A DNA stretch of 64,000 nucleotides. It comes from Anthoceros angustus. Taxonomy: Eukaryota > Plantae > Anthocerotophyta. The stretch is from the NCBI GenBank assembly GCA_010909165.1, contig VJWM01000044.1, positions 2,294,001-2,358,000 on the forward strand, in the 5' to 3' direction. The notes beneath the pieces were generated by a model. That model had not been told where the DNA came from, searched no databases, and saw only the letters and a list, made by a program, of their open reading frames with translations. The translations under genes were made by a program, and so were the position numbers. This document shows, in pieces, positions 38,158-51,315 of the stretch. Numbering within the stretch: position 1 is the stretch's first letter; the number at the start of each line of letters is the position of its first letter.

Positions 38158-39890
38158 CTACTTCACTGAATCACCTCCTTCGGCGTCACCACTCTCAAGC
38201 TGGAGCATATTGCATCTAATGGTGATATTACGGAATTCCTCAAGATTAAGCTGCAATACCGGCTTCGTATTAGAGGTGGAAAGACGAAATATGCGGCTCT
38301 GCCTGCACGGCACTGCATGTTTCCACAAAGGCAGCAGTGGAAGAAAGGGTGCCCACCTTGTTATCTTTATTTCTGTTGAAGAGGTTGATCATGTGATCAA
38401 GCTCCTGATCTGTCCAAGCAAAATCATGCGCTTCAGCAGCTCGCTTCAAGCTTGCCAAGGTGATGTTCCCTGTCATTCTATCTGCAAACCAAGGTTTGAG
38501 TCTGGCTACGGAGTCACAACCAGGATAAGCACGAAGTCATTCAAGAGAGAATGAAAATTACCATCAAAAAGTTCGTAAAAGTACTTCACGACCTCGTCCT
38601 CACCCAAAAGGATATCATTTCCGTTTTTCTGGCAGCAACCCTGGTTTGCTTAGAAGACTGCCCAAGCACCAGGATTGAATGGAATCAAAGTAAGGTGCAC
38701 CACATCAATACCTTCTTGGTCTGCCTCTTTTGCTTTGGTTTCCGACCATCTCGTGGAGAGGCTCTTTTTCTGCTACTACTGAGCAGAGGTGGCTCGGCTG
38801 ATTCCTTTCTGGTTTCAGACAAGGGCTCTCCCATTGACAAGGCAAGTGCCTGCCAGAACCAACATAACCTTAGCCTCTATATTGCCCCATCCACAGTCCA
38901 GCCATCCTTGCCCTGACTGAACTAGAATGTAAGCGCGGTATACCAACTTTTGTGCACAGTACCCCGCATCACGTGAGAAGAGTTCACCTTTTGCAGCTCA
39001 TCATCGGAATCGACGGACATGATTTCATCCGTCGGCTGGCTCGGCGTTGCAACAGAAGAAGCTCCTCCGGATGAGAACCCTTGCATCTTTCCTCCTGACA
39101 AGCGCCGTCTCCTCTGCACCAAGAAACAATAATACAAAAGACTTCAACAACTCCGCTTTGCACAGCACCAGTACAATAGCACCCCACCATCAATTGGCCG
39201 CCTGAAGACTCCGGACTCGACAAACGCAAAATTTGATGTCCCCTCTCACCAAACATAAGCAGCGAAATTCACCTTAGGCACCACATCTTTCAATGCTCCC
39301 AGCTTCTTAGCAGCACCGGAGAGCCGACGAGCTGTCCCAATTTTACCACCTCCCTTCATCGCTCCCGAATTACGTCTCCTCTTCTGTAGGGGAAGGTAGG
39401 GCTTGACATTCAGTTAAGGAGCTGACCACCTGACCATAACCAAAGCCTCTCAAACCACTACCTGCGGTCTAACGTCGACGTCACCATCCTCCTCCTCCTC
39501 ATCTACATCCTCCTCCTCCTCCTCCTCCTCCTGCTGCTCCCTCTCGTCCTCATCTTGCTCGTCGCCGCTCGGGTCGTATTCAGCATCCCGCTGCGCTACC
39601 AGGTCTGGCTCCCCATCCGACTCTTGCGATTCATCGTCACCGGAGCTGCTACTGAGATCCTTCAAAACCTTGCGGCCCCCGTCCGCGGTGCGCAGCCTGG
39701 CTGATCGCCTGGGAGCGTCTCCCGGCAACGCCCGTTTGGTAGCATTCTTGCCCTTCTTCGCGGGTGGAGAAGAAGTCGGGCCCCTCGGTGGGTGCAAATC
39801 CAGCGCAGCGAGCACCGCATTATTCTCCTGGATGCGCTTCAGCCGCTGAAGCTCGTACTCTGTGAGCTTGTCGTCGCCTTCCCGCTCCAT
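38158..39890 (-). CDS. Protein with an N-terminal EYExxRLxRIxEN motif, an acidic tract and a C-terminal EF-hand pair; multi-exon
   Basis: LTEYELQRLKRIQENNAVL, PRRSARLR, poly-E; FYELFD|DRMTGNITLASLKRAAEAHDFAWTDQELDHMINLFNRNKDNK|LNLEEFRNITIRCNM. Confidence 0.75.
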
Positions 39891-39999
39891 TCATTCCACA
39901 TGCCACAGGGCACAGAATGTCGAGAGTCTGCCAGTGTGAAAAGCAAAAGTTACAATTACGGATTCGATGTGAATCGAACTGACCTGAGTATGCTGAGTA

Positions 40000-41520
40000 T
40001 GGCACACCATTTGGGTTATCAATAATAATGAGCATAAATTATAATAATCTATCATTTGGGTTATCAATAATAATGAGCATAAATTATATAATAAAAATTA
40101 TTATTATTATATATATTGCACCCAAGGGTGATTTGGTATTAATTAATTAAAATTAAAAATCTAGAAATTATTATACTTAAAATAGCCAATATGTAAAAAT
40201 TTACAAGTTTAAGATACCAAAAACAAGGAGACTAGGGTTCGTGTGGAAAATTAGGGCCCCTTTAAGGGAGGCCTATACATATCTATTCATTCTATATAAT
40301 ACCTATGTAGTATTCTAATGAATGTTGAAATTTGATAAAAATTATTTTTCATAAATTATTGAAATTTTGAAAAAACAATATTTATGTTGGACCTTATTTT
40401 TTTCAAAAACTAATTATTTCGGCATTACCCTTCTAAACCACCCCTCGGAGTACATATTAACCAAATGATTAATAATTAATTTTATATTTATAAAATTATG
40501 TAATTTATTCTATAATATAAAAACTTAATATTTAGTTGTGTATCGAATATCTATTTATAATCTTTTAACAATTATTAGGTATTGGTATTTTACAATTACG
40601 ATTGATTTATTTTTATATTGAATTTCCTGCCTTAAATTGTTCACTCAAGGGAACCTGCCATGCCCCTATGGACAAGAGGCCTATGTATGGTGTATCAAAG
40701 AGGGTCATTCCAAGAAAATTTTGTCCAAGCGTATTTCACATATGTAATAAACTTTCTCTTCTTTTCTTCTACACTCCTTTCACAAATTTTCAAGTTTGTC
40801 CAAAACACGCTCTCCTCAATTTCAAAGATATTCTTAGAATGAGAAATCCCTGAGTGCCGACAATTCGGGCCTTCTTGCACTTGGAATATTAGGTTGTTTA
40901 TTTGTGGGAGGACTTCAGCCTAACTTCCAATGTTGCCTTGGCTAGGGCTTACCAATGTCACAGAATTTGCTGCTTCAAGGGAGTTTGTCGAAGTGCAAGA
41001 TTATATCCCTCAAACGTGAAATTGAGTCTCTTAAAACATTTCATTTCTCCCTCTATAGCCTATGTTGTGGCAATGCTTGATGATTCAAAAGATTCTCCAA
41101 GATTCTCATGAGGAACAAAGTCTCTCTTTAGCCCAACTTTTCTTCTCTCATTCTCTTTTCATACTAGGCTTACTCACTTTCATATTAGGCTTAGCCCAAC
41201 CAAAGAAGGCGGCTGACCGATTCACAATTGTCAAGCTTAGTGACTTAGGTTCCTAAGAGTTTGTCTCTCTTTCTCAAAGGTCATTGCTCTTTTTACAGTT
41301 TGTCGCGATGAATATGAGAATGTTAGAATCTCTGGGCCAGCTTCTTATTATTGATCTATGGAGAGATTTTTAACTAGGAATTTTTATTTTTCAATAGTTA
41401 TTTTAATTCTTTTAATTAATGTAAAACCTTTACCTCTAAGAAATCTTATGCTGAAGTGGCAACCACTTTCCAAAATACAAATGGGCGAGGAACCACGATT
41501 CATTTTCAGATAATTTTAGA
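40000..41520. other. AT-rich non-coding block, probable TE remnant, starting with a ~36-bp direct repeat
   Basis: Sharp composition shift; CATTTGGGTTATCAATAATAATGAGCATAAATTATA occurs twice (about 40008 and 40053). Confidence 0.4.
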
Positions 41521-41572
41521 AGAATATATAGCAATCCTTCTCGGCGGACGGAAACGGAGCCGGGGCGCTGGG

Positions 41573-41767
41573 AGGATGCAAATCCGGCGACGCTAGCACC
41601 GCAGTTTGTCTCCATCTCCTGGATGCCCTTCAGCCGCTGAAGCTCGTACTATTCGAGCTTCGTCTTCGCCTTCCCGTTCGATTCATTCCACAGGGCACAG
41701 AGTGTCAAGAGTCTGCCAGTGTGACAAGTAAAGTTGCAATTACGAATCCGTGTGAATCGAACCGACC
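41573..41767 (-). pseudogene. Decayed duplicate of the 5' end and upstream region of the EF-hand gene
   Basis: Aligns by eye with 39790-39984; start codon changed from ATG to ATC. Confidence 0.85.
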
Positions 41768-43026
41768 CGGAGTGCATTGGACGCCACGAACATGAAGTCA
41801 CAAATGTTGAAGTCATTAAGTTACCTCCCAGTCTGCGCTAAATACATACATAGATTTCATCCACAGAAGGCGAAAATGTTCATTTCATACGTTTACATAG
41901 TCCTCGAATCAGAATTACAAAAGTAGACATACAGACGAGTCTGTGTTTCTAGGTTCGTCTCCCAAGCAACCTGCCACAAGTTTTGCGCCAGGCGTCCATC
42001 CATGGACTTTTTGATAGTAGCAAACAGCAAGGGAGCCGGGCCATCCACATGGAAAGTGCGGTCCACATCCAGAAACACCTCCACCTGCACCTCCTTCCTT
42101 CAACTTTCTCAAATCTTCGACGTACCTGATACCCCAGTAGTCTCGGCAGACATCAGCGGCAGCTACGACCACCAAAGCGGATGGCACCGCAGTGTCAGTA
42201 AAATCCTTCGAGCCGAAGGACTCTGCACGAAGGATGTGTACCTGCTGGCAACCTCCGGCAGATGATCCCTCACGAAATAGTCACAAAATTAATGAGCAAT
42301 TCGGGGAAAATGGCGAGCTCAGCTCTCTTCTCCTCCGGAAAGCAGCTGCCAAGCATGCCGGGGCATGCCTTAGTCAAGGTATCACAGATGAGAGATGGTG
42401 ACAACTTTAGTGATGTGCACTACTACAGGACTTACCATGCCATCACCAACACGAGCCCACGGCGGCGATGGGTTTCAGGTGTTGAGTTGGTTCAGGCGAT
42501 GAGTTTCAGACTGCCATAACACCCACATGATGTGTGATGTTTGCACCAGCAGTGTCCCCCATAATGAAGCAGGGAGCGACAGAACAAGGTACGAAATTCC
42601 GACATTTCCCTTCAAGCTACCTCAAAGCCTTGAAGCTGTCCTCAGATGGCACAGGGTACTTGCACTGAGGAGTTCTGTGGCATTCTCCTGAATCCACAAC
42701 GACCTGTGCCATTCCGATCCCGCTTCATCCTGACAGTCTTTTGACCAATGTCCGGCACAGCTGATCATACATAAGCATGTCCGGACTCCCTCGCACAAAA
42801 CCACTTCCATGGACAAAGACAACCACCGGGAATGTGCCAGCTGATGGCCTCCTGCGCCCCAGAGCCGCAACCAGATATTTCAATCCCCTTCAGCTACGAC
42901 ATCCTTGCTCAGAACCCTATCAACCGGCGCCTCATTTTCCGGGAACCCACCCGCGCTACCCTCTTCAACCTGTTCAGGCCGGCATGACAAAATGTTACAC
43001 CAAATCGGCAGACGACGTCCTCCGCG

Positions 43027-43719
43027 TCACTCGGGCTCTTCTTCTGCGCGGGATTGCGCTTCCATCTCCTCGCCAGCCTCCTGCGCAGGCCCCTGCACGT
43101 CTTCCCCAGATCCATCCTCTGCCCTTGGTTCCTCGGCTGCGGGTGCCGCTCTATCCGGCTCCCTCAGCTGGTCGCTGATGAACTCCTCCAACACAATCTC
43201 CATCAACCGCAACGCTCTGGGACCTAGCACACCAGCGTAGGCTTCGTCTCCGCAAGTCCGAAACCTCTGCAGAGCCATCTTTTTGATGCCCACGATGAGG
43301 TCGAGCCTGGAGCCTGTCAGGGACTCGACCCACGCCCTGTCCGTCTCTGTCACCTCATGGACATGCTCGTGGTCCACCTTGGCCTTCTTCTTCGGTCGAC
43401 CTTCTTTTTCCTCCGGCTCACCACTGACTCCTTCCGGCTCAAATGCCTGAGGGCCAGGGCTCGGCTCTTCTCCCGCCTCCAGCGAGTCCTGGCTCGAACC
43501 GGTTGGCATATTTTCATTAGCAGGAGCAAGCTTTGGTGAGCTGGCCGACGGCGGCGTTTCATCAGGCTGTTTAGGTCTTCGGTACTTCCGGACTCTGGGA
43601 GGCTTGCTTCCTGCTTCTCGTTCGCGCTTCTTCGTCATGTTGCCAACCTTTTTAACGTTCTCTGAGCATGGGGACTTGTGGTCACTCTGCTCGTTAGTAG
43701 CCTCGCAATTCGACGCCAT
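43027..43719 (-). CDS. Uncharacterised 230-aa protein with basic NLS-like tracts and a conserved-looking helical core
   Basis: DRAWVESLTGSRLDLIVGIKKMALQR..ALRLMEIVLEEFI resembles a plant family of unknown function; PKKKAK. Confidence 0.6.
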   Translation of the reverse strand: MASNCEATNEQSDHKSPCSENVKKVGNMTKKREREAGSKPPRVRKYRRPKQPDETPPSASSPKLAPANENMPTGSSQDSLEAGEEPSPGPQAFEPEGVSGEPEEKEGRPKKKAKVDHEHVHEVTETDRAWVESLTGSRLDLIVGIKKMALQRFRTCGDEAYAGVLGPRALRLMEIVLEEFISDQLREPDRAAPAAEEPRAEDGSGEDVQGPAQEAGEEMEAQSRAEEEPE

Positions 43720-44233
43720 CTCCTCATCGTGGTGGTCTGCCAGGGTCTTCCGATGTACGTATATACTGTGCCAGAACCCTAGGGCCTAGGTACCATGTAG
43801 CCACCAGAGCTGCGCAATTGGTAGTCATCCAATTCCAGGCCACGCTTCCAGCTCAGGATGAGACCTCGATGTCTCACGGAAACCTAAATTTCACCGACAA
43901 TCCATCTACAGCCTCACCGGCCATGCTGTAATGAAGGTGAGCTCGTACACTGGAATCAGCTCACATATAGCCTTGCCAGCCAGCTCAAACATACCGAGAA
44001 TCGTGAGCTCAATTGCTGCCCCTGAGCAGGAAGCGCTTCCCAGCTGCCAAGCCGTCAGGAAAACCTGGCGTGGCAAGTTGCAGCGGGCAGGTCCATGAGG
44101 CTGTGCTGAAACCGGAGTGGACATAACATCAGTTATTCCAGATTTTGATTTTTCGAATTTGCAAAATGCTTCAGGGACGGTAACGTTCGAGCTGGCTACT
44201 TTCAGAATTGGACTTTTCGTGTGGAATTGCAGC

Positions 44234-47200
44234 ATGGCAAATTCTGCGTCGCGGAAGAGGAAATTGGAGGATGAACATGGGCAGGAGGAGGAGGCAACGC
44301 ACAAGGCCAGGCAAGGTGGAGGAATGGCCTGGGGACCTTCCCGAGCTGCCACCGCCGCCCAGCGCAAGCCCAGAAAGGATGATGAGATTGGGTTTGGGGA
44401 TTTTGACAGGTCTGGCTTCTGTGCAGGTGAATTTGTGGGGAGAAATGCTTGAAGAATTGGTGCTTCTTGCTAACTCCTGTGGTTCATGGTAGGTATATGT
44501 CCGAGAAGATTCGGAAGCTACGGGGGCAATTTGATGTGGACGCATCCAACAGCTTGTTAAGGTTCAATGAATTTTTGTGGAGAAACTCTTTCCAGCGAAG
44601 AGGATGATGTTGGAAAGGTGTGTTCTTATACAAGCATTGGTCTGGACATACAGTGGCCCAAATTCTGCTGTGGCAGCTCGGCATTCTCTCCAGAGCCCTG
44701 CGAAGGGTCTAGCTTCGGGGGATTCCAGAAGCTTGTTCGCAGGAGTTTCAATTTATGTGGATGGATTCACCATCCCTTCCCATCAGGCAACTTTCTGCTT
44801 CGAGGCATTTGTAAGAATACTGTGGTTATTCCGTGGGCTTCGCTGATGGTGTTTTGGGCTGCTGTCAGGAACTACGTCACCTTATGCTCCAATATGGGGG
44901 AGTCTTCGAGAATTATTTTTCAAGATCACGAGTGACTCATGTCATCTGCAGCACCCTGCCTGATAGCAAGATAAAGGACCCCAAGTGGGTGCAGAATATC
45001 CTGGACTAATTGTTCAGCGATCTGCTTTCCTGCTTCACCCAGTTGATGTGTTTTTCTTTGTTCTCGTGTAGGTTACTGAGCAGAGGGCTGCCGATTTTGA
45101 AACCCAGCTGGATACTAGACAGCATCAAGGCTGGAAAACTCCTTTCTTGTAAGTGGGACTCCATCACGTGCTTGGATATGTTTTTAGGAGGCCAGAGCCG
45201 ATCATCACATGTTTGAAAACGAGGGTCTGTAAGTGCTCAGCTACATTGTGTCAAACTATATGGGGAAAGTTTGAAATGAATTCTGTGTTTCCAGTTGCTG
45301 GTCATGAATTGGAGCGCATTGCGTATCAGCACCCTCATCAGCGGACACTCCCTACTTCATTCCTCCCTTCTAAGGACTGTGAAGGCCTCAAAGACCCCAG
45401 CCACATGGAGCTCCTGAGTGTATCTGAAGCACATGAAGGATCTGATGAGTTCCATGACAGCACTGATAAACCTGATGAAAACGAGGGCCTTGAATGCCTA
45501 GACGATATGGGTTTGCACATTGATGAGATTCAGCATGTTATGGAGGATCAGGAGGAGGAGGAATACCACCTGCCTAAGGATGTGCTCGAGGAAAGAACTT
45601 ATCTGGCATGCGGTTCAGCTCAAGACATTCAAGAAGAACAGGCGATCTCTGTGGAGGAGCGTGCTGCACCAAATCTTGCAACTGAAAGCACAGAAAGTTT
45701 GATAAAGAGGAAGCTTGTAGAGGGCGGATTGGGAACAAAAGAAAACTCTCACAGGGGTCCCCGTTCACATTCAACTTTGGGCGATCCCAAGTTTGTTCAG
45801 AATTATTACAAGGCAAGTGCCTACTTCTTTCATACGACATTGCTATTGATGGTCTTGAGTGTCAACGCAGTCATAGAAATTTACTGAGCTTCTCTCCCAA
45901 CAGCAGTTTCAATGTTTGCATGCAGTTCTCAAGACTTCACTTCATTGGAACTTGGCGAGATCGCTACAAGCAATTGTTTGGGGATAAAGTGCGTCAGGCA
46001 GGAAAAGAGCCAAGTATTTCTGCTGATCCATCGGCGAATTCTGCGATTGTGCACATTGACATGGTACATGCAGCTACCAGAAATCATCTTCCTGCAGTGT
46101 CGATGACTACATCTTCTTGGTCTCTTCGGTGAATCCTGCTTGCCAATGCAGGACTGTTTCTTCGTATCAGTGGTGATTCGAAACCGACCTGACTTGAGTG
46201 GAAAGCCCGTGGCTGTATGTCATTCTGATAGTGCTCAGGGGACAGCTGAGATATCATCGGCAAACTATCCTGCTCGGGCCTTTGGTTTGTGAAAATCCAG
46301 AATTCCTCACCCCCCGCCTGCTACCCCCCTGCCCCTCTGCTATTGCCATCTAACAGCTTTCTCATGAATGATCATGTCTCACAGGGATTTCGGCTGGAAT
46401 GTTTGTGAAGACGGCCAAATCCAAATGTCCACATCTTGAAATTGTGCCTTACGATTTTGAAGGTTACGAGCAGGTTTTCATCTGATAAGACTGAAGGACA
46501 TGACCTTCCTGATACTGCCCCAACTTGACCACCCTCATTAGGGTTACTGATAATCATGAATCATGAACTTGGTTCAGGTTGCAGAGCAGTTCTATCGCAT
46601 ACTACATCAACGCTCTAGTAACATTCAGGTAATGCGGCTGGGTATCTCCTTTTCTAAGCTAGCTACCTTTGAATGGATCCTTGTGACAATGTTCAAATGT
46701 GTTGCAGGCTGTCAGCTGTGACGAGGCATACTTGGATGTCACTGGCTTAGGTGATCCCGATGTCATTGCAGCTGCCTTAAGGCAGGAGGTTTTCTCGGCA
46801 ACTAAATGCACCGCTAGTGCTGGTATTGGGGGTAATAAGTTGCTGGCTCGTTTGGCAACATCCAAAGCAAAACCAAATGGGCAGTACCATATATTGCCTG
46901 ATCAGGTATACTCCAGCAGAGTTTTGATCAGCTTGTTTCCCATAGGTGCAAGGCTGTTTTTGTCCCACCCAATGCTCAGTGCTTGATCCATGCAGGTAGA
47001 GCAGTTCATTGCCAACCTTCCTGTGGGAGACCTGCCTGGGGTAGGGGGCGCTCTGGAAGAAAAGTTGAAGGGAATGGGTATTGCGAACTGTCGTCAATTG
47101 CAGGCCTCATCCAAGGTAAACCTGCACGACAGTGTCTGACATGGCAGACATGCCGCATCCAAGCGAGATACGTTAGTTCCACTTCCATAAGAACTTAGAT

Positions 47201-50200
47201 GGAGAAGTCTCTTGTGGACAACTTGTTGATGCCATAGGAATCTCTTCAAAGGGAACTTGGTGCAAAGACTGGTGGCACGCTGTGGTCCTATTCTCGTGGC
47301 ATAGATGAGCGTCAAGTTCAACCACCACAGGTGCTCTTGCTTACATTATTTTATTTGTTACAGTTGGTTGCTAGTAACTCATTCCCACGTATTCATGTCT
47401 GACAGGAACGGAAGTCTATAGGAGCTGAGGTGAATTGGGGTGTGAGATTCTCCTGCCAACAAGATGTCAGCTCCTGATTTGTGATATTTACTTCCTACAT
47501 GATATAATGTTGACTTGAGGTGCAGATTCTGGGTTCCTGTTTGTCATTTTCATGCCATTCTCCGCTATTAAAGCCTGAATACCTGCGCAGGCAAAGCATT
47601 TTCTCACCACATTATGTGGGGAAGTGTCTGAACGTTTACAGAAGGCCGGTTCCTTGGGTCGCACATTCACCTTGAAGGTACAAGAACTAACCTCAATGCT
47701 GCTTGATTGATTTGCTGTCGTGCCATTGTGATATGCAGTGTAGCTTTGAAACCATCTCTCTGAAGCAGCCTGTAATGTAGGTCAAAAGGCGAAAGGAAGG
47801 TGTTGGGGAGCCTACAAAGTTTATGGGTTGTGGAATATGTGACAGCATGAGTCGCTCAGCCACGGTACGTGGTATACTGCTGTTAACAGTGTTATATTTT
47901 CTGATCGCTTATGACCTGCACATTTGGAGAGGTTGCCTTTCAAATTCCCACCTTCTATTTTCTGCACAGGTAGCGTCAGCGACAGATAGTGCAGATGTAC
48001 TTCTCCGAGCTAGCCAACAATTATTTGCATCTCTGAATCTTGGTATTACATTTTGTCATCTGCAAGTAAGTGTAGCATCGTTGGCTTTCTGTATTTCTTA
48101 TAAACTATGGCGTGCAGATGTTTGCGAAGTGAGAGGAGTAGGCCTTCAGGTCTCTAGATTGGAACAAGCAAAGCTGGGACACCCCTCCAAAGGTGAAAGT
48201 ATCCCCTGTTTGAGTGAACCCTTGTCATCTTGTTCAAATTACAGGATGTCAAGTGCAGAGTGTGGCGCACTTTGCGGTCATGATGGCGTCTAATTAGGTT
48301 ATAAATACAGGAGGTCAGGGTCAGAGGGCATTGAAGTCATGGCTACAAGCCCACAATGCATCAGAAACCAGAAGTGAAGGTACACACACAGCAAATGGGG
48401 ATGCTCATCGGGCGACTGTGAATCATCCACATCGAAGCCCAAAGATGAAGGGAATAGGATCAGCCGAGGAAGACATTGAACTTATGCCAAAGGTCAATAC
48501 GCCAAGTAAGGGACTAAAGTTACCACCGGTATCAGAGCTTGATCGTACAGTTCTTGCCTTTCTACCGTCAGACATCCTTTCAGAGATCCAACAGGCATAT
48601 AGCAGAGAGCTTGGGTCGACGAGTAATCAAGCACTGTCTGGAAGAGAGAATATGACCCGTCACGCTTCCGTTTCAAATGCTTCTTCGTTGAGAATGGAGG
48701 TAACTAATACCACAGCAGTAGTGCAAGGTTCCAGGGACTCTGGAAGTGCCCTGGTGAGGGGACTTATTGAGCAGCCTCCAGTATGCGCTGAACATGGGGT
48801 TCAGGAAAGTCACCAGGACTTGCAGATGAATACTGGGAGGGTAGAGGATACTGGGAGGGTAGAGGCCTTGCCTCCCGCATCACAGGTAAAGTGTCGTCCG
48901 TTGTCGTGATTCAGCTTTGTGATGGCCAACTTGTAGTCATTCTTGGCAGTGTGATCTTGCTGCTGCAGTTGGATCATTCTGTTATGGGAGCTCTACCCTT
49001 GGCACTAAGGCGCGAGTTGGAATTTGAATACAAAAGGCTATCTGTTCAAGCTGCTGACACAGTACCTAGAGCTGATGCTTCAAATGTCAAAAGGTAATGT
49101 AGTTACCTTAGCTTGAGCACAATTTCTCTTGCAGGAGCAAACTGAGTAGGAAAATACATTTTCTTACCACCATGTGTGTGCGTGTTAGATCAAGTGGAAC
49201 AGCCAGAAGTCGGAAGAAAGTAATGGAAAAGCAAAAGGGCCCTAGAGTCGCTCAGGTATTTGTATTGAGACTTCCTTAATTCCAGTTTACAAGCATCTTT
49301 CGCTACAAATCTAAGGCCGGACCTCTTGTGATGAAGGCTGGAGGAAATGTGTCTGTGTCAAGGCCCATGAATTTTCCGCTTGCTGAAAGGGGAACAAGGG
49401 CTCAATTATCTTCTTCTAAAGACCTTGGTCAGTTTGTGCCATTGTCATATACACAAGTGGACAAGGATGTTCTCAATGAGCTGCCAGAGGATGTGAAACT
49501 GGAACTTATGGAGATTCTACCTGCACGTCAAGCGCCTGTACGGAACCCAGAGACGAGTAATCTGAAGTCTACTGAATATTTCAAAGAAAATACCAACTGC
49601 AATGTAAAAGCAGAGGGACCTGGAGAACCTGTGAAGTGCACGTCCCCCAATTCATGTCCAACGAGTGGATTGTGGCATGGCCAACCTCCTAAGTGGGTCC
49701 TTATATTCGAGGATGACACTGTTGTGAGCTCAGCCATGCTAGGTTTTCTTGCATCACAACACCGTGAAGGTCAGAACCGTTTATCAGGCATTTTGCTGTC
49801 ACTAGTTTCCTACCTTTCCTGCGAACCTTCAGGGGAACAGGGCACAGAGCACTCGGAGATCGTGTTGGACCTACTTTCAGAATGGGTCAAGCAGTATTCT
49901 CAAGATCAAGCTCAACAAGATTTAGAGGAACTTCACACTGTGCTCCGACTAGTCAAAAGGTTCAAGACGTGAAGAACCTTCCTTGCAGTTTCTGTCTGAG
50001 TCAATCAGCTGAAATCTTGTTGGTGGATGCAGGCTCGCTGGCAGAAGTAAGTTATGGCAGGCTGTTCATGAGCAAGCAGCAACAGCTGTGCAGGTATTTG
50101 TGTGGTTTCCTGGTGATGGAATTATTTAAATGAATCCATATCTAACATGCTGACAAGATCTCGCGTACAGATTGCAGTGGGTGAGGTATACGGAGCCAAA

Positions 50201-50215
50201 TTGAATTTGAGGTGA
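44234..50215 (+). CDS. REV1: Translesion DNA polymerase / dCMP transferase REV1, multi-exon
   Basis: DF|GSYMSEKIRKL, BRCT (GVSIYVDGFTIPS, KPSWILDSI), SRLHFIGTW, VHIDMDCFFVS, EISSANYPARAFG, AVSCDEAYLD, LARLAT..AKPNGQ, DLPGVG, RKSIGAEVNWGVRF, and UBM-like repeats. Confidence 0.95.
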
Positions 50216-50691
50216 CGAGTCCAGGGAATGTAAATAGCCAACCCTCGTCCTGTAAGGCGGTAACACCGTCGTGCAGAACTGGTGGGCATCTCTTCACCAT
50301 AGTCCATCTCTTGGAATCAGTTTGTGCGAATATGACTATATCGCTGGACTTTGCCAGTTCCAGTTTCTTGATGTCGTTATTCTCGATGTTCACCAGGGGT
50401 CCTTCATCGTGGTTGGAACTCGAAAAGCATCAACGGCAGCATATGTACATATATGTCCATCCGAGTTTTTGGAAGTATTCAACGAATTTGAGTTAATAGC
50501 GAATAAGTTAATGCCTACCGACAACCTACCTACCAGCTCAATATACATATATGTAGATATGTAGGTAGTGCCGTTTGGACAAGACTGCACGGGTGGACTC
50601 CCGGCGAAGGCAGACTACTATCATCCTGGGAACAAGGGGGGGACGAGGAGAGGCCGACAATTTTTGACGGGCGCGGAGCAGAAGATGCGGA

Positions 50692-51315
50692 ATGTCCTTC
50701 AAAGAGAACCCTCTGTCGCTGAGCCTCCCGCAATCTGCCTTGGAGGCGTCGCTGCAGGAGCGGGGCCTCCTGGATTCGTCTGTGCTCGAGCGAGCTCATC
50801 TTGCTGGCCAAGGCTCAGTCTTCGCATTGTGGCAGGCTGTGTGCTTCAATCCCTTCTCCGTTCTGACAGTGGAAGATCTTTCTAGACCTCCGGCCTCATG
50901 GACAGGGGAGTTCTGGGACTGCGGCACCGGGCCGGCAGATTCTTATTCGTGGCCTCACAGCGGTTCCCAGGTTCAGTTGCGGATGCGGGAGAACCTGAAG
51001 AAGTACAGCGGGAACTACTTGGTGCTGCTCTTGGTCATCTTCCTCATCTTGCTTTACAAGATCCCTATCGCGATTTTAGGGCTGTTGGCCATCGTTGGAG
51101 TGCTGGACGGAATCAGGGTGTATGCTGCATCTCGGGGACTGACCGGGAGGAGTAAACGGATGATGGCCCTGTCGTTGGTTGGTCAGGCTACGGCGTGGGT
51201 GTTGTTGGTGTACACCAAGATTGGGTACGTAGTTTTTTGGACAGGGTTGCTTGGTTTCGTGGTGTTCGTCCTTCATGCTTCTACACGACGGCTTACATCC
51301 ACCCTGAAGGACTGA
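50692..51315 (+). CDS. PRA1H: Prenylated Rab acceptor, PRA1.H type
   Basis: NPLSLSLP, NPFSVLTVEDLS..WT.EF..DSYSWP..QLRMRENLKKYSGNY, followed by hydrophobic hairpins. Confidence 0.85.
   Translation: MSFKENPLSLSLPQSALEASLQERGLLDSSVLERAHLAGQGSVFALWQAVCFNPFSVLTVEDLSRPPASWTGEFWDCGTGPADSYSWPHSGSQVQLRMRENLKKYSGNYLVLLLVIFLILLYKIPIAILGLLAIVGVLDGIRVYAASRGLTGRSKRMMALSLVGQATAWVLLVYTKIGYVVFWTGLLGFVVFVLHASTRRLTSTLKD

Noticed and set aside
41893-42090. LDVDRTF as a TBC/RabGAP motif
   Set aside because: Isolated match without the rest of the domain.
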